A DNA stretch of 60,140 bases, filler included, from Catajapyx aquilonaris (taxonomy: Eukaryota), in NCBI GenBank assembly GCA_000934665.2. It is 2 parts of 2 records of this genome, joined end to end, with 100 filler letters (N's around TTAATTAATTAA, not from the genome) between each part and the next. Parts side by side here need not be neighbours in the genome. Positions count along the whole stretch, not along the records: positions 1 to 29,967 come from JYFJ02004711.1; positions 30,068 to 60,140 come from JYFJ02004712.1. One strand, written 5' to 3'. Below, piece by piece: positions 22,081 to 35,900 of the stretch. How positions within the stretch are numbered: position 1 is the stretch's first letter; every line of letters starts with the position of its first letter. The notes under the pieces were generated by a model. The model was not told where the DNA came from. It made no database searches and saw nothing but the letters and a program-made list of their open reading frames with translations. Made by a program: the position numbers and the translations under genes.

Positions 22081-24851
22081 GCCCTTTTTATGCCGAGTGT
22101 TTGAAACATTGATTAATGGGAGGTTTCAGGTTGAGGGCTATCGGGTTCTGAGGGCTCCTTTCCTTATTTTGGCAATAATCGCAGTACACGTTGGGTATTT
22201 AACGACGGTTCGAGAGTACTTCGGGGAGTACCGAGAACAACAATACGGTACTGTATATATCGATAGAACCTGCCAAATAAAGGCACCATGAAAAACGAAA
22301 GAGGAGCATTTACGGTCGTGTGTTTGGTCTCAGAAGTGTTCCAGTGAAGTGTTTATGTTTAGATTGTGTTGTTATGCTTCAAGTTTTTCCAATTTTTATG
22401 ATTAAAACCGGAGTTAATGTGAAGCGACGTAAAATGAAGCGACGTAAAACGGGTAGACCTACTTCCTGTATGTCATTTGACTAGAAGTACTGCAATAATA
22501 TATTTCTGCTTTTAGTAATCCAATTTGTAATTCGGTCCCGTATTCAAAAACCAGTCTATTTTTTCTGTCCATATTTCCTGAAAGCTGAAAGCAACTATTT
22601 TTGTTTTATTTGGATAAATATTTTCAGACATTTTTATCGAACTACTACGTCAAGTAATTTCTGTAAATACCGTACGTATAATTTACAAACATCTGCATAG
22701 TAAAGGAAATTTTCTTACTGACTTGCACATTAAAGTGTCAGCTCTCTAATTGGTCAATTAGTAGTGCAGATGGAAGGAATAAAATGCGTGGGATATTTAT
22801 TAAAGCAGTAAACAATTCTTTACACTCAGTGCTCTTGATTAAGGACCACTGAATGTAAATGTTTGTTCCAAGTGGACCTCTAGGTTCGAAAGCCATTTTG
22901 TTCTTCGATTAAATGACCACTAGACTTCAGAAAATTTTCTGACTGAAAAATTTCCAGTCAGCCCAGAGTAGTTAGATATTCAAGATGATCGTATTTCTCT
23001 AGATTGAAATTCCATTTTGGGGGAGTGTCCGTGATAATCAATAATTTATTTCACACTATAAAAAGTAAAGGGAGATGATCTGAGTCAAGTGTCTCACTCT
23101 GCCCCAAGTTTTCACACATGTTGGATACGTATTGCAAAATAATGTCCACCACACTGTGACCTTGTGGACCCACAAAAGTATACCCATTTGACGTTGTATT
23201 GATCGACCCATTCAAAGGTGTCCGGTTATTTTCTATTAGTAATTCCTATGAAATGCTTGCCATTGTCATTTACCACATGGCCGATTAATTGTTGTTATAT
23301 CAAATAGATTTTGTTGATTAGGCTGTGATAGAAAAATCCATATTCGAGCATTTACAGCATCCATCAGGATTATTGGCTAAAATATTAAACTGATACGCTG
23401 CTTTAGTTACGAGTATTTGAATAGGCTTAGTAGTGATTCGGAGGAATGTAAAAGCTATACTATCCACACCATCTCTGTCTTGGAGTTTGTGGTCTTACTT
23501 GCATACCCGTTGTGTTTGGGTGTTAGTGTTTATAACCTGAAGTGGAAAATCTTGGACAGAAGCTGTCGCTGATGCAATCCAAATTCAGAGATTAGAGCGA
23601 TTACTGCTATACTGTATATGCCTACTGAACAAACTATGTGAAATGCTTTCACACCATATTCGTCCCGGGAATTGAAGCGGTATCAAAGTGACAAATAAAT
23701 GGGACATTCCTGTCCACAAAGGATTGAGTTGCACATGCCGATGATTAAGTGCTGAAAACAATGCCAAAAGCCTCATATATACATGCAGAACTATTTTGAT
23801 GAATGCCCATGGCCACTAACTTTTGCCATACACAGCATGCTGTATAGCGAAAACAGCATACATTAAAAAATTTGTGATGGCTCTACATATTAGGCGCAAA
23901 TGAAAATTACATCCCGGTGATTTCAAGACTACAAGTGAGCCACTGGAGTTATAAGAATCATTAATTAAGCGCGACCACGCAGTTATTTCCACCTGCATTC
24001 CTGGAATGATCAACATATTACAATCGGAAATTTCAGAGCCCTTCCATAACCATATAAATGTAGAAAATGCATCTCGACATGAATGCCAAATAATGAGCTC
24101 CAATCCCGTATGTAAAATGCCTCATTATCGGGATATGAAACCACCGAGACTTTCATCAGTGCAATATGAATTGCTTTGTCAACAATATGCATTGAAATTG
24201 TTATTCAAAAAGTCCTCATAATTGTTGCAAAAATATACAAGTAGTATATGTATGTCTGCTCCAGATAGATGACGATGAGATCTTGTACAATAACATTTTG
24301 TGGTCCTCACCAACCCTTGTACGTCTTTCTTTTATATACTTTCCTTCATAATATTATAGGCTACTGTCTTGGCTACTGTACTACAGTATAAATTTTTTAA
24401 GTCTATGACAGTACCAGAAAATATTCCTGAAATAATGTTTTTATTCGCATAGTTAATTATATCCGCATAGCTGTTTACTATAGTGAAACATTATTAATTT
24501 CGGTCTAGCACAGTGACATTTTAACCGAGCAACGAGGACAACACATATTTTGTTGTGCTGGCTGTATGAATGACGTGATTGTGTTAATAATTAGGATATT
24601 TAGCACTAATAATTATTTTATGCTAAATATAATCCCCGTTTCAATTTAATGCACCTCGCCCTTTAGCCCTTCCTTATACCCGGATATCGATCCCAGATAT
24701 CCCACATCCACCCTCGCATCCCATCCAATAATAACTTACCCATGTCATAATGACGACAGTACTACGATTTTGCACAGCTGTACAAGCTTAGGCCAAAGTC
24801 TCGCCTCTCCAGTATCCTAGATACTCATCAATAATATTTGCAGCAGGATTA

Positions 24852-25405
24852 AGGCCTATTGGCCTATTCCCAAAGACGCTTTTTCGATGTTTTATGCTGT
24901 CACAGCTAGGTCAAGTGAACCCGTTCCCAAAGACGATTTTTTTTTCGTTCAGCAGTAACAGTTAGCGGAAACGACGTGACGGGAACAATTAAAAGTTCGT
25001 AGTAATATGGCCCAGTTTGGTCTCGCATGTCTTCCTCCTCACACTCTCGCAAACTCTGCTACTGTTAGAAGTCACATGTAATGTACCGTAGCTGACCGTA
25101 GGCCTACTGTACGTTATCAGTCTAACAAGAATTGTCGCAGCGGCAGCGCACGAACTACAATCTACGAGCACAGGGACACGAGAGACTGTAGTTCGTGCGC
25201 TGCCGCTGCGACAATTCTTGTAGGACACCAGGTACAGTAGTCTACAACATTACAGCAGGGGGCTGGCCGTAGTGTAACAGAATATCAGGCCACCCATTTT
25301 TCCAACAGAAATGCTTCTAAATGTCCTGGGAAAGTTGAAAGTATTCCTTTCGAAACACCATCCTCCTATGCTACCCATGAGTAACGCGTCTTTGGGAATC
25401 GGCCT
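24852..25405. mobile_element. PIF/Harbinger-type MITE
   Basis: TIR (A)GGCC(T/G)ATTCCCAAAGACGC / GCGTCTTTGGGAATCGGCCT with a 3-bp TTA TSD (24849-24851, 25406-25408). The left TIR has an 8-bp duplication (ggcctatt). Confidence 0.75.
25125..25221. repeat. Hairpin with perfect 35-bp arms inside the Harbinger MITE
   Basis: 25125-25159 is the exact reverse complement of 25187-25221. Confidence 0.9.
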
Positions 25406-26224
25406 TTAAGCTCCCAACGCATGATATTAAAATAGCTCGTGAAAACGCAACATTTCATAGGACAAAAGAGTCATTATCAACAAATCATAGGCTAAATTCT
25501 TTTCCTGTAGTATCTATAGTAATCTCTGGTCAGCTCTCTTCTATTTTAAGCTCTTATCTATTTTAGCAAGAAGCGACTAGCGCAACTCTGGGTCTAGATT
25601 TAAATGAATCGATGCATTCGGAGCGTAACCACATGCAAACTACACCGAAAGCCCAATACGAGTGTTGGATTCTTTTTGCCGTTTTAAACATGCAAATAAA
25701 TCTATTCCGTTTTAAATTTAGTATACAGTCAGCTTACACGCAACAAAGTCCATACAGCACTTGCCACAAACAAAAATATCTCGACAATATTACTGAAGGC
25801 AGAGCATTTACTGGCAACACAACTGGACTATTCCAATTTTTTAAAATATATTTTTAACGTCCATTCATATTTCGTGACAGAATAATAGCGTCGCAAATCA
25901 GCATCTGTCGCGAATCCCTGTCTCAAAATCGATGTCAGGTGAAGCCGAATTATGGGGACCATCACGCACAATTGAGATTGCGTGTAACGAAAAAGCTTCG
26001 GCGAGAGGACACACGTTGTACGTTTATAAAACATGCTATTAATAGAGCAGGATCCTCTAACCTTGAGCTAGATATACTAGAATCTCTCATCAGAGGCTGT
26101 CGAAATTGACCCCAGAAGAGCACGCAAAGGGGCGCTCTTCCCTTTGAATATACCTATAGGGGCCAAAGCTAAAATGCGCAACAGGCAATATTTCGAAATA
26201 AAAAGACAAGGCTTAGACCAAATG

Positions 26225-26360
26225 CAGTAAAACCTGTCAAGTTGGACACCGTAATAAGTTGGTCACATATCTATGTTGGACATTATTTTTGGAACCGTCA
26301 AAAAGCCTATCCCTCGCAATGTTGCTAAGTTGGACACCTGTCTATGTTGGACATTGACTG
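26225..26360 (+). mobile_element. pogo/Tigger-like terminal fragment
   Basis: Starts CAGTAAAACCTGTC, followed by repeated GTTGGACA subterminal motifs; no partner end found. Confidence 0.5.
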
Positions 26361-29300
26361 TTATATTTCATATTTTTTTAAATTAGCATCATTAATTTAT
26401 TATAACAATATTACAAACTAAGACTAAGCTGAAGGTGCATAGTCGTAACATAGTCTGAAAAGTGTGTCAACCAGTCAGAACTGGCCATGTACTCCAGAAG
26501 CTCATCACTAATTTCGGTTGTCAAGGTGTCGCACGGAGAAATTCCAGAGGGACCCCCCCCCCCCCTCTCCGAACCTCATTCATAGAGTCAAATGGCAGCG
26601 CTATTATGGCAGAAGGCCCGTTTTGAAAGCTAAGCCACGCTTGATGGAACAAAGTCTTGTTGACAGTTGAGGGAGAATGGATTCATTCTTGCGAGGCTCC
26701 AGGCAGCAGAGGATTTTCGCAAAAGTCGTGTCAGAATTTATGTTCCTTAGCATTCCACCTTGTAAGGGTCAATAAGCGGAAAATCGCTGTCATCCTTGTC
26801 CAAAAGGCGAAATGAAAGAGAAAGTCGGCGGCCCTGCAACAGAAAAGGCTGAAAGTCAGGCCACTTCTGCAACTGCTTTCTAATTAATGAGATTCATTTT
26901 CTGCCCTTTTTAAAGAGAGCTTCCGTTTTCAAAATGATGCACGCTCTGCACTTGGCTCAAAAGCGAGATATCTATTTTGGGGAAATAAGTTGGGTACTGA
27001 ACGACCTCGTGCTTTTGAACAAAACTTTCGCCTTTGTACCACTCTGCAATACCATTGTTCCTGGCCATTTCGTTTGGCCAAGGTGGTGTCAGGTTCGTAA
27101 AATAATTATGGAACATGCTTACCTGTAACTCTCAGAATCGCGATTTTGTGGCACGTGGGAATGAGCCTACTGTGTAACGAGCGACCAGCAACTATTCAGT
27201 CCAGAGCAACCGGCCACAAACAGTTTGTATACCAAACGGAACAAATAGACAGGTAGAATTCGCAGCAACACAATTACCGGAGGCTTCATTAGGAACAGTC
27301 GGTGACGAGTGGAGACGAGCAAAATGGATTAGTGGCAAGCAAAACGAGAGGAGTTGGGACACTACCTGAAAAAAAGCGGACCTCTTTTCAATCACTGGCC
27401 TGCAAACGAAGCCACTTCCTTGCTGTTGAAACCTGGAATCCCATGGACTTGCATCCAGACTACTGAGAAGAGTCGCTGCAATTAAAAGCACGGATGGCAA
27501 GTCGGAGGGTTTCCACCGCATAATGACTTTCCGATAATTTCTTCAGTCAGAGGACCAGGCAAAGAAAAGTGTCCGAAAGGAAGGGAAAGCTGAAGGAACA
27601 AAGTTTCCTGCTTCTACTTGGTCCAAAGTGCATAATGTGTCTCGAGGAAGCTGTTGGCAATCACATTCATGCGGACAGCGGATAGTTGGGCACGCTTCGT
27701 TGACTCTGCGGTGTGTAATTGGATCGCGAAACCCTTCGGGACATTAGCTGTAATTGGCTCGAGGTTTCTCCAGCATAACAGGTTACCTGGGCTATGACCT
27801 TACGGCCAAAACTCACGTTGCTGGAAACCAGGACAAACTGCTCTACTGCTCTAGCGACACCTTCAGTCCTGTCAGAAATGACCCCTATTGTACAGTTCAA
27901 GTGGCCTAAGAGACTTCAGCTAAATCGAAGTCTTTTTTGACAATAATTATTTGGTATCATGTAGCAATCATTCACCGAGCATACCTAGCTATATGGTCAA
28001 ACCCATGATCTTAGAATACTCAGGTCTGGTCACTTCCACCCACCCCCTGCATGTGGACCCGACATGGTCGCCGGCGGCCTTATTGGGCCCACATGTAGCA
28101 CTTCCCTTTCGTACCTATAAAGTTCATAGTCCGGTAGGGTCGCCACATACCAGTGCTCTGAAATGTCTCATGGCGCTCTCAGGTGAGCACCCCCTGCAAA
28201 ACGCCCCGGCAGGAGATAAGATCGGAATAACTGTCCGGGGGCTGGTCAAACCCCACGTCAAATCTTGGCAAGTATTTAAACATTATTATTTTTTATGAAG
28301 ATGTGAATAGCGATTCTAGTAGTATTTCTTGCTCTGATTCCAAATCTGCACTGAGAAATGTGATGTCAGATAGATTTTTTGAGATATATTGATTAAAAGT
28401 TTGGAACGGTTTACCAGGGGTCATTCGGAATCAAGTGGGCCGAAATGGTGCTAGGCCATCTCAAATTTTGGCGAAAGAAATTACAGCTGTACATACGGTA
28501 AAGTTGCATCTGGCGTAATACCGTGGGGAGGAAGAAAATCGCGAAATTTTGAAAAGGGTCGCAAATAAGGTCTTTTTTGGACAATTCTTTTCTGTTAGTA
28601 GAAGTGGTCAAAACCCAATAAAGTGAATAATCGTATATCAAATGAGAGAGAGAACCGCTTATGGAGTTAGTTTTCCTATAAAATGTAACCAGGAAAATGT
28701 GCGTGGCATTCCATCAGTTACATGCTCAGTACCATGTTCAAGTATTTAGACCCCAACAATTAGTGATGTATATGCGTAACAGCAGTCAGCATGCTTGGTG
28801 GCAGGAGTTGTGACTCATACAAGATTTAAAGAGATTTGTGTATCTCAAAAACTGTGCCTGACAACACATTAATTTTCTAAGTGCATATTTGGAATCGGAC
28901 TCAAAAACCTCATAGAAATGCAGATTATTACCCAAGAAAAAATACTCATTGTCAGATTGCCGAACAGTGTAAGCTCTCCAATATAACCAGGTAAATGAAA
29001 ATTATTCGTTTTGAGACAAACGCACTTGAAAATTTGACCGTGAAAATCCTACTAAAATAGTACGTAGTGCTGTAAGTCTTTTGAAGATACCATGAAGTCC
29101 CATCAAATACACGCGGGAAACATGTTACCTATAGCACACTTTGTTTTTAAGAAATAATATACTGTACCGTACTTAGAAATTTCATTTACCTGGTTCTTGC
29201 AGAAATCCCTATTGGAGACGCACCCGGCGACGGCCTTATTTATTTGATATCTTGCAGCCCAATAAGAATACAACAATGAAACTTACTCCACTGAAAGGTG

Positions 29301-29902
29301 GTTATAGGGGATTACTGCAGAAATGTTTTGAAATTTCAAGTCTATTAGGCTCGTGTTAAGGGTCACGAACTTTTACCTGCCAACATGACAAGTAATTTTA
29401 ATCGGATTTTTTGGGGGCTATTATCACCGGATTATGCGTACGGTTTAGAATTGAAAGCCAGCTTTTTCATGTATGTGGGATGCACAGTTACTGAAATGAT
29501 CGGGTTATTGTAAGCATCAAAATGGAAGAGTCCCCATTTTTGACTTCGTCCTTGCTCGTGACCTAGAGTATAGACACTAGCGGGTTTAAAAAAATTAATA
29601 TATCGCTTAGCCCATGGCAAAATTCGACCATAATTTCGGTTTTCTAGAAACATGTTGGGTGCACTTTTGAATTTTTGTTGTGCTATCGCACACGGACTGA
29701 CCCGCTTGCAGCTTCGTAGCGCCTGCGCCCACTATACCTACTATGCCCATGTACAGAAATGATGCAAGCCTTGTGTGATTGGCCTTTTTACCATTTAAAC
29801 GAGCCACGCAGGTCTTAGAGATCTCTGCAGTAGGTAGTTAAGAATATTTTCCAGCGTTTTAAAGCGAAAAAAGCCTAATAAACCAGGTAAGTCCACTTAC
29901 CT

Positions 29903-29967
29903 AGCCATTGTACAGAACTCTTAAATTATTATACCGTATAATAATTTAAGAGTTCTGTACAATGGCT
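29903..29967. repeat. Perfect palindrome, 32-bp arms with 1-nt centre, at the contig end
   Basis: 29903-29934 is the exact reverse complement of 29936-29967 and ends at the first N. Confidence 0.95.
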
Positions 29968-30067
29968 NNNNNNNNNNNNNNNNNNNNNNNNNNNNNNNNN
30001 NNNNNNNNNNNTTAATTAATTAANNNNNNNNNNNNNNNNNNNNNNNNNNNNNNNNNNNNNNNNNNNN
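29968..30067. other. Artificial contig-joining spacer with six-frame stop linker
   Basis: 44 N + TTAATTAATTAA + 44 N = exactly 100 bp. The palindromic linker places TAA in all six frames. Confidence 0.95.
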
Positions 30068-32693
30068 GCTTTTTCAAAAGGGCTCTTTTAACTGGATGTA
30101 ACATTCTTGTGTTTCTTTGAAGACGACAGCCTCGAGCTTCTCGTTCCTAATGACATTATACGCTATATTGTCAATTGTCCGTTTCCGAATAATTGCTGAC
30201 AATGCCTATTATCTTGACTGGCAGGTTTTGAGTGGAAACATGAGCTGAATACCTGAGCTTGAAAGAGGAATATATGGGTCACATTTTTGCCAGGTTGCGT
30301 GTGTGTTGGAGATGTTAACATGCCTTTGCTAGAGGAAGAGGAGGAGAGGAAGCACAATGCATATGCCTGGTGCATCGGTGGAAAAAATATAATAGTTTCA
30401 ATAGGATACAAGCTGGACCGTGTCATAATAGTGGGAAAAAAGCAGGAAGAGTGTCGGAGGTGACCTGAAAGCACTAGAGAGTTTTTTTTTTCAATGCCGG
30501 GGTTGATGCATAAATCTGGGAGGCAACGGTACCGCCACGTTCCTCGTACCCACCGGAAGATCCACAGTAAATGGAGTTACACCACTCTGTTGCTCAATGG
30601 GGGTATCCGGAAGTCGAGCAAAAAGGTTTCTTTTTTTTGTATTCTAGCTTCACGCTAATGATGTTGCAGCAGTTGGCAGCTTAAAAGTTAGCGTTGACAA
30701 TGCAAAATATTTAATTGCAATTTTGTGGTATTTTATTGGCGAATTCAAGTATTTATGGCTGTGTTTGAGTCTGCCAGTTTGACATCGACCATTTACATAA
30801 TTTACAAGCCCCGAGAGAAAGTTGACTAGATTTGGGGTAGTGGTTTCATTTTACATTAGCTTTACACAGTTGGCACTGTTAGTGTAACATGCGATGAACC
30901 GTGTTTGTCTGCTGCTAAAATATATTGACTCACATGTTTGCAAACCGTTTTAGTTATGAATATTGGACCACCCCCCAAATTGACACCACCGCCACCTCTC
31001 GGCCCTTCCAAGCACCTTTAAACATTGCCTGAAAAAGACCTTTAGCATCGTGCCAACCGATTTTTAATCCCCGTTTTGAGCCCGGTTATTGATGAGCTCC
31101 GATGGCGGCAGATGCGGGATAGTAGCCCGTAGTAAATAGAATCTGCCTTGCTGGCGGTTTGCCCAGGCTATTAAAAGGGTTCCGACCATGATGGAGATTC
31201 CGTGACGTCGGAGGTTCACCAATCTGGAAAGAGAAGCATGCTAATTGCTTGTCCCGATCAATTTCTAATAGTCACACTGATTGACCTCATAGAATAGGAT
31301 GGATCCGCACACAAAAAATAGTAATGTAGAGATAGTGTCATCTCCAAGCGGGGGTCTCATTTTTTGGGAATGCCCCCTCCAGGCGATTAATGATTGCAGA
31401 ACCCGGAAAGGCGCGAATGAAATCGGCGCCAGACTCCATATTGGCGGACAGATTGAATTTTTATGTTAATAGCAGAGTGGAGGCCCGAATGGCAGCCATC
31501 GTTGGTAGGAGAAAAAACTGGGAACAAACTTTCATTTTTCTCCGGGGTTCTGTTGCGGGTTTCAACCGCATCGTGCCATTTTTTGGAGGCTTCACAAGCT
31601 TGTTCATTCCTTCCAATATGGAACTAGAAGCTTGGGGTTTTTTTTAAGGGGGGGGGGGTCGTTTCCATCTTCCCTTGCCTGTCATGGTTGCCGTCAACAA
31701 CTTCCGCAGGGATGTGCCCTTTGACAACGATGCTCTTGATCTTTATGCGCCGACGGAGATGCGAGTACTGCACTATATGGAGCACAGCAGGGGAGAAACT
31801 GCTTATATTTTTTGGATACTGAAAAAAATGTGCAATTGAGGGCACGTGCGTAAGTAATTGTAACTGGCAGCTAGACGGTTCAATTTTGTGCATGTAAACT
31901 CCTTTTGACGGGAATGATAGCACCCATTAACCTCCTGAACTGACAGTGCTTTGATCCAATATTAAGACCGAGTGTCAAAATCGTGGAGTGAATTGTTGTG
32001 CTCTTTAGATTAATAGGATCTCATAGTGAGGCCTTTTCCGGTAATATGTCGCATGAGTGGTCATCACATGGCAAAGTTTGGAATGAAGAGTGACGTGAAA
32101 GTGAACCCTTGGCTCATTACAAGAGCTGTTAAGACGACCCAGCTAGAATTTGAAATAGCGTATGAAGAGCCCTGCTGGGAGGAATCCTATATACCATGTC
32201 ATTATCTTCTCTCGACCCCCCCGGTAGTATCCGATAATCCATAACTTTTCTCACTTGTTTACCCTGAACCGTTCACTTATTTGTGAAGCTGATTGGAAAT
32301 CGTTGGGGCTGTAAAGTACGACCGAGGCAACATGGTTTCTGGTTTCAAAACACTGTATTATTTAGGTGTTTCTTAAGGGGTTATAATACATGTAATTGAC
32401 GTAATAACTAGCTTATCAGCATTTACCGTCAGTGTAGAGCAAAAATATGTGCCGGTTTGGAAGGTATGTAACTGCAAGGGTGAAGTGATAAAATTTGCAA
32501 TATGCGATATCGCAGTTAATGACGCCGTTACCTGAGTAGTTAGTGTGCCGTACGCCTTGTTACTTTATTACATAATTTGTTCAGGGCACCAATTTGGGTT
32601 TTACCTTCATTTTCGCCGGGGTTGTATCTTAAAGGCAGACTGTCTCGCTGCTTAAAATGAACCTGGAGTTGCTATATAATAATTTTATATGTA

Positions 32694-32957
32694 CAGTGTA
32701 GGACACTAATCGCGTCATACTGCTTGAGACATTTTCTGAAGCGGCAAAAGTGCAAAGCCGTACGAGTAAGAAGAGGTAGGCCTTGAGTGACGTCGCAGAC
32801 TGGGGAGCAATGGAGAAAAGGCTTGTCTCCAGCCAGTGACGTCACCCAAGGACTACCATTTCTTACTCGCACGGCTCGCACTCCATCACTTCAATTTGCA
32901 CGTCTGCCGCATCAGAAAATGTCGCTAGCAGTATGACTGAATTAATGTCCAGCACTG
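32694..32957. mobile_element. Tc1/mariner-type foldback MITE
   Basis: TA|CAGTGTAGGACACTAAT... and ...ATTAATGTCCAGCACTG|TA. Imperfect self-complementarity runs over nearly the full length. Confidence 0.8.
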
Positions 32958-35900
32958 TACTCCTGTAGTGGACAGCATTCTAGCCTCTGTTTAGGCTGCC
33001 ACAGAACTAATTACAAACAGTTTAGCCTCCCCCACAGACCATTATCACAACAAGAATCAACGCCATCTAGCGGATTGTTGCAATAATACAGCAACCATGC
33101 TTTGGGCGACATTCTAGCAGATAGAAATTGAAACTGGCGGGGTAGACCACTAGAATTGAAATACGAAAGGCAACTTTTCATCCGAGACGCAAACCACAGA
33201 GCGGCCAACATATGGCGCAAAAGGAGCCGAAGAAAACGCACGATAAATTTTTAAAGCCCGGGCCCAACTTATGGCAAGAGTTTGCAACCGCCCCGGCACC
33301 TTCCTCAATTTTTTCCTCCCTTGTCCGGCCCTCGCCAGTTTGAAAATGATATAGGTGGAGAGGAACATGTGGTTACTGGCCGCAAATGTGGAGGCAGCTG
33401 GAAACTCGGAAGGAAACAGGTGCATGTGCCACCAACTGACTTACTACCGCCACACTTAGTCTTCAAGACTACGTGATACTTAATATCAGGTTTCTCTCGA
33501 AATTGTCTTGTAATTATAGAGGAATTGCTGACGTTTCTGGGTCATATCAGGAAGAGTTCTAAATTCAGTTGAGAATTTTCTTCAATCAGTAAAAATTGTC
33601 AAATATTTGAATGGATGGTTTTTTCTGGCACAATATTTTACTGTTTCAGTCATTTTTCATAGAACCATTACTGTTGAGGCTATAACCACTCACAATGTAT
33701 TTAGAGAGTAAGAAATTTTGCACGGGCTGAACCAGAGTTCGTTGCCTCCAGAAGTGTACAATTGCCCAACATCAAGAAGAAAGTCTTTTTTCTCTCTCTC
33801 TCTCTTCCCCCACCCTTCCTTATACTGAAACCCAAGTGTATTCTGTAACGACAGCAATACCCTTGGAAGAAGAGACCAGCTTCAGTGGTGTGGAATATTT
33901 CCTCCAATATAAACCATAAGAGCGGAAGCTCTGCTTGTAAAGCAGGCATTGGTCTGTGCGCAGTACGCACCAGTTCTGATTCGTCCAAAGACTAGGTCGT
34001 TTCGTTTTTAGTCCTCAGCAGTTTTTATGTCTGCAAACTACGATGCTCGTTCTTTTCCATAATTCATGGGGCATCAACTAGAAGGAGTTAAGACAGCTTT
34101 TTTTCCCCTTCCAATCCGGGCATATATATAAAGAAGAAAATGCGGACGTAGCAAGGTTCATTAAGATAACAGTGCACACAAGGCAGCGGACATTTTGAGT
34201 GTAAAAAAAGTGCTCAGCTTTCAAGAAAGGATGCATAATATTTTCTGGCAGGAATTGTGGGAGATTTCACACGTATGACGGAAGAATGGCGGCCACTTGA
34301 ATGGGAATGGGGTTATCCAAAAGAGCTGGTGTAACCATAAGAAGTGTCGTAGTGGTAAGGATGACCTCGTTTGCATTAATAGGCACTCTCAATTTGGAAG
34401 GAGTTATATCTGGTTCCAAATTATTTTTTTAGACGATTAGTGGGCGTGATTTCCACGCCTTCGTTTGTTACCGTACTTTTCTCAGGGGACCGTTATAGCA
34501 AACGATATTTTTTTTATACCAGTTCTCCGACCGTTTCCTACTTATAAAAGTGGTGAGGGGAAAATGGCTCTAATCGAGACTCCAAGATGATGAATTGGGG
34601 CCCTATTTCCCCAAATGAGTAGGGGGTGGAGGAGGGCCTGAGGGATTGAGGGAGTGCTTGCCTGGAGTTGGAAATTTTTTGTTTGCATTAGTCAGACTCC
34701 TGTGCATCTCTTCAATGCATTTAATTTAGTCCTCTTTGTCCCCTCCCGCCCGTGGATTTGCCAGTTGAAGAAATCGATTTCCATCCAGCGTGGGATTAAA
34801 GGCCGCCATTGTCTCAAAATCCTAACTGCTGACATGAACATTTTTTGGGGGGGGAGTTGCGATGGAAAATATGGCCGTGACCATTTCCATTCCACACACT
34901 ATTCAGAAGCAAGCAACTATGTATGTATGGCAAAAATCCCTAGATGACTAGGTAATAAATAATATTCACTTTGTATGGCCCAAATGAAAATGGGGAGGAT
35001 CATGCGATAAAGTGCTGTCGAAATATTTAATTGGCAATTTGCAAGCCCTGGCTAATTTTTCGTGTACCTACATATGGGATAGCTTACCCTCACAGTTTAA
35101 ATCCGATTATGAAGATTTGAATACCGTGTGGATTTGTGCTGCTGTGAAATTCATGGAGTGGTCAGTTTAGATAGGGCTATAACTCTCATGATAAAGCCGA
35201 TTAGGATAAAATGTGGCGTTGCATACAAATAAGTTCATGAATTCTTTTTCGGTGTGTCACCCCAATGCAGTGCACCCCCAACCCCAACGTGTTATTTCAT
35301 TAACATAATTATTTCATTCACATTATGTCGTTGACCGTACAATGGGACATGATTAGAAGGCGGAGTCTTGTCACTCTTGTCTTTTATATGTTGCTAACAA
35401 AAGTATGGCGGGCATTGGGCTAGGGGGAAGGGGACGCGGGCTTTTGGCGTCATAAATGGCAAACAAAGCCATGTTAATTCGCGTCTATTAATTCACATTT
35501 ATTCAGAACGTCGCAGATGTTAAACAGCTCGGAGACGTGAAAAGAAGACGCGCGGAAATGATTTGCATTTGGGAAGAGCTAGCCCCCCCCCTCCCCCCCT
35601 CAAAATTTGCATGTCGTGTAAACGGAGAGGGTGACAGCTTAGGTGAGGTGTGGGGGGGAAGCTGGTCCCCAAAGGGATGGTGACACGTGGAGGACCCCCA
35701 TCCCGTGCCTTAACAAGGTTTTAGGGCGGGGAAATACAATTGGGTGATATAATAAATTCCAGGAACTCCAGGGAATTTCATTGCCTCGAGGTGAGCCATT
35801 GAGAATGACAATATCGCGTTTGTATGTAGATAGTGTGACATTTCAGCTTTTAAAAATGCGGTGCATCTGGTACTGTCGCGGTGAGTCTCTGGAATTTTGA

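Noticed and set aside
3820..22462. Similar pogo-like ends at 3820 (cagtaggtacccgttt) and ~22445-22462 (aaacgggtagacctact) forming one 18.6-kb element
   Set aside because: The ends are diverged with no shared TSD; more likely separate fragments of a common MITE family.
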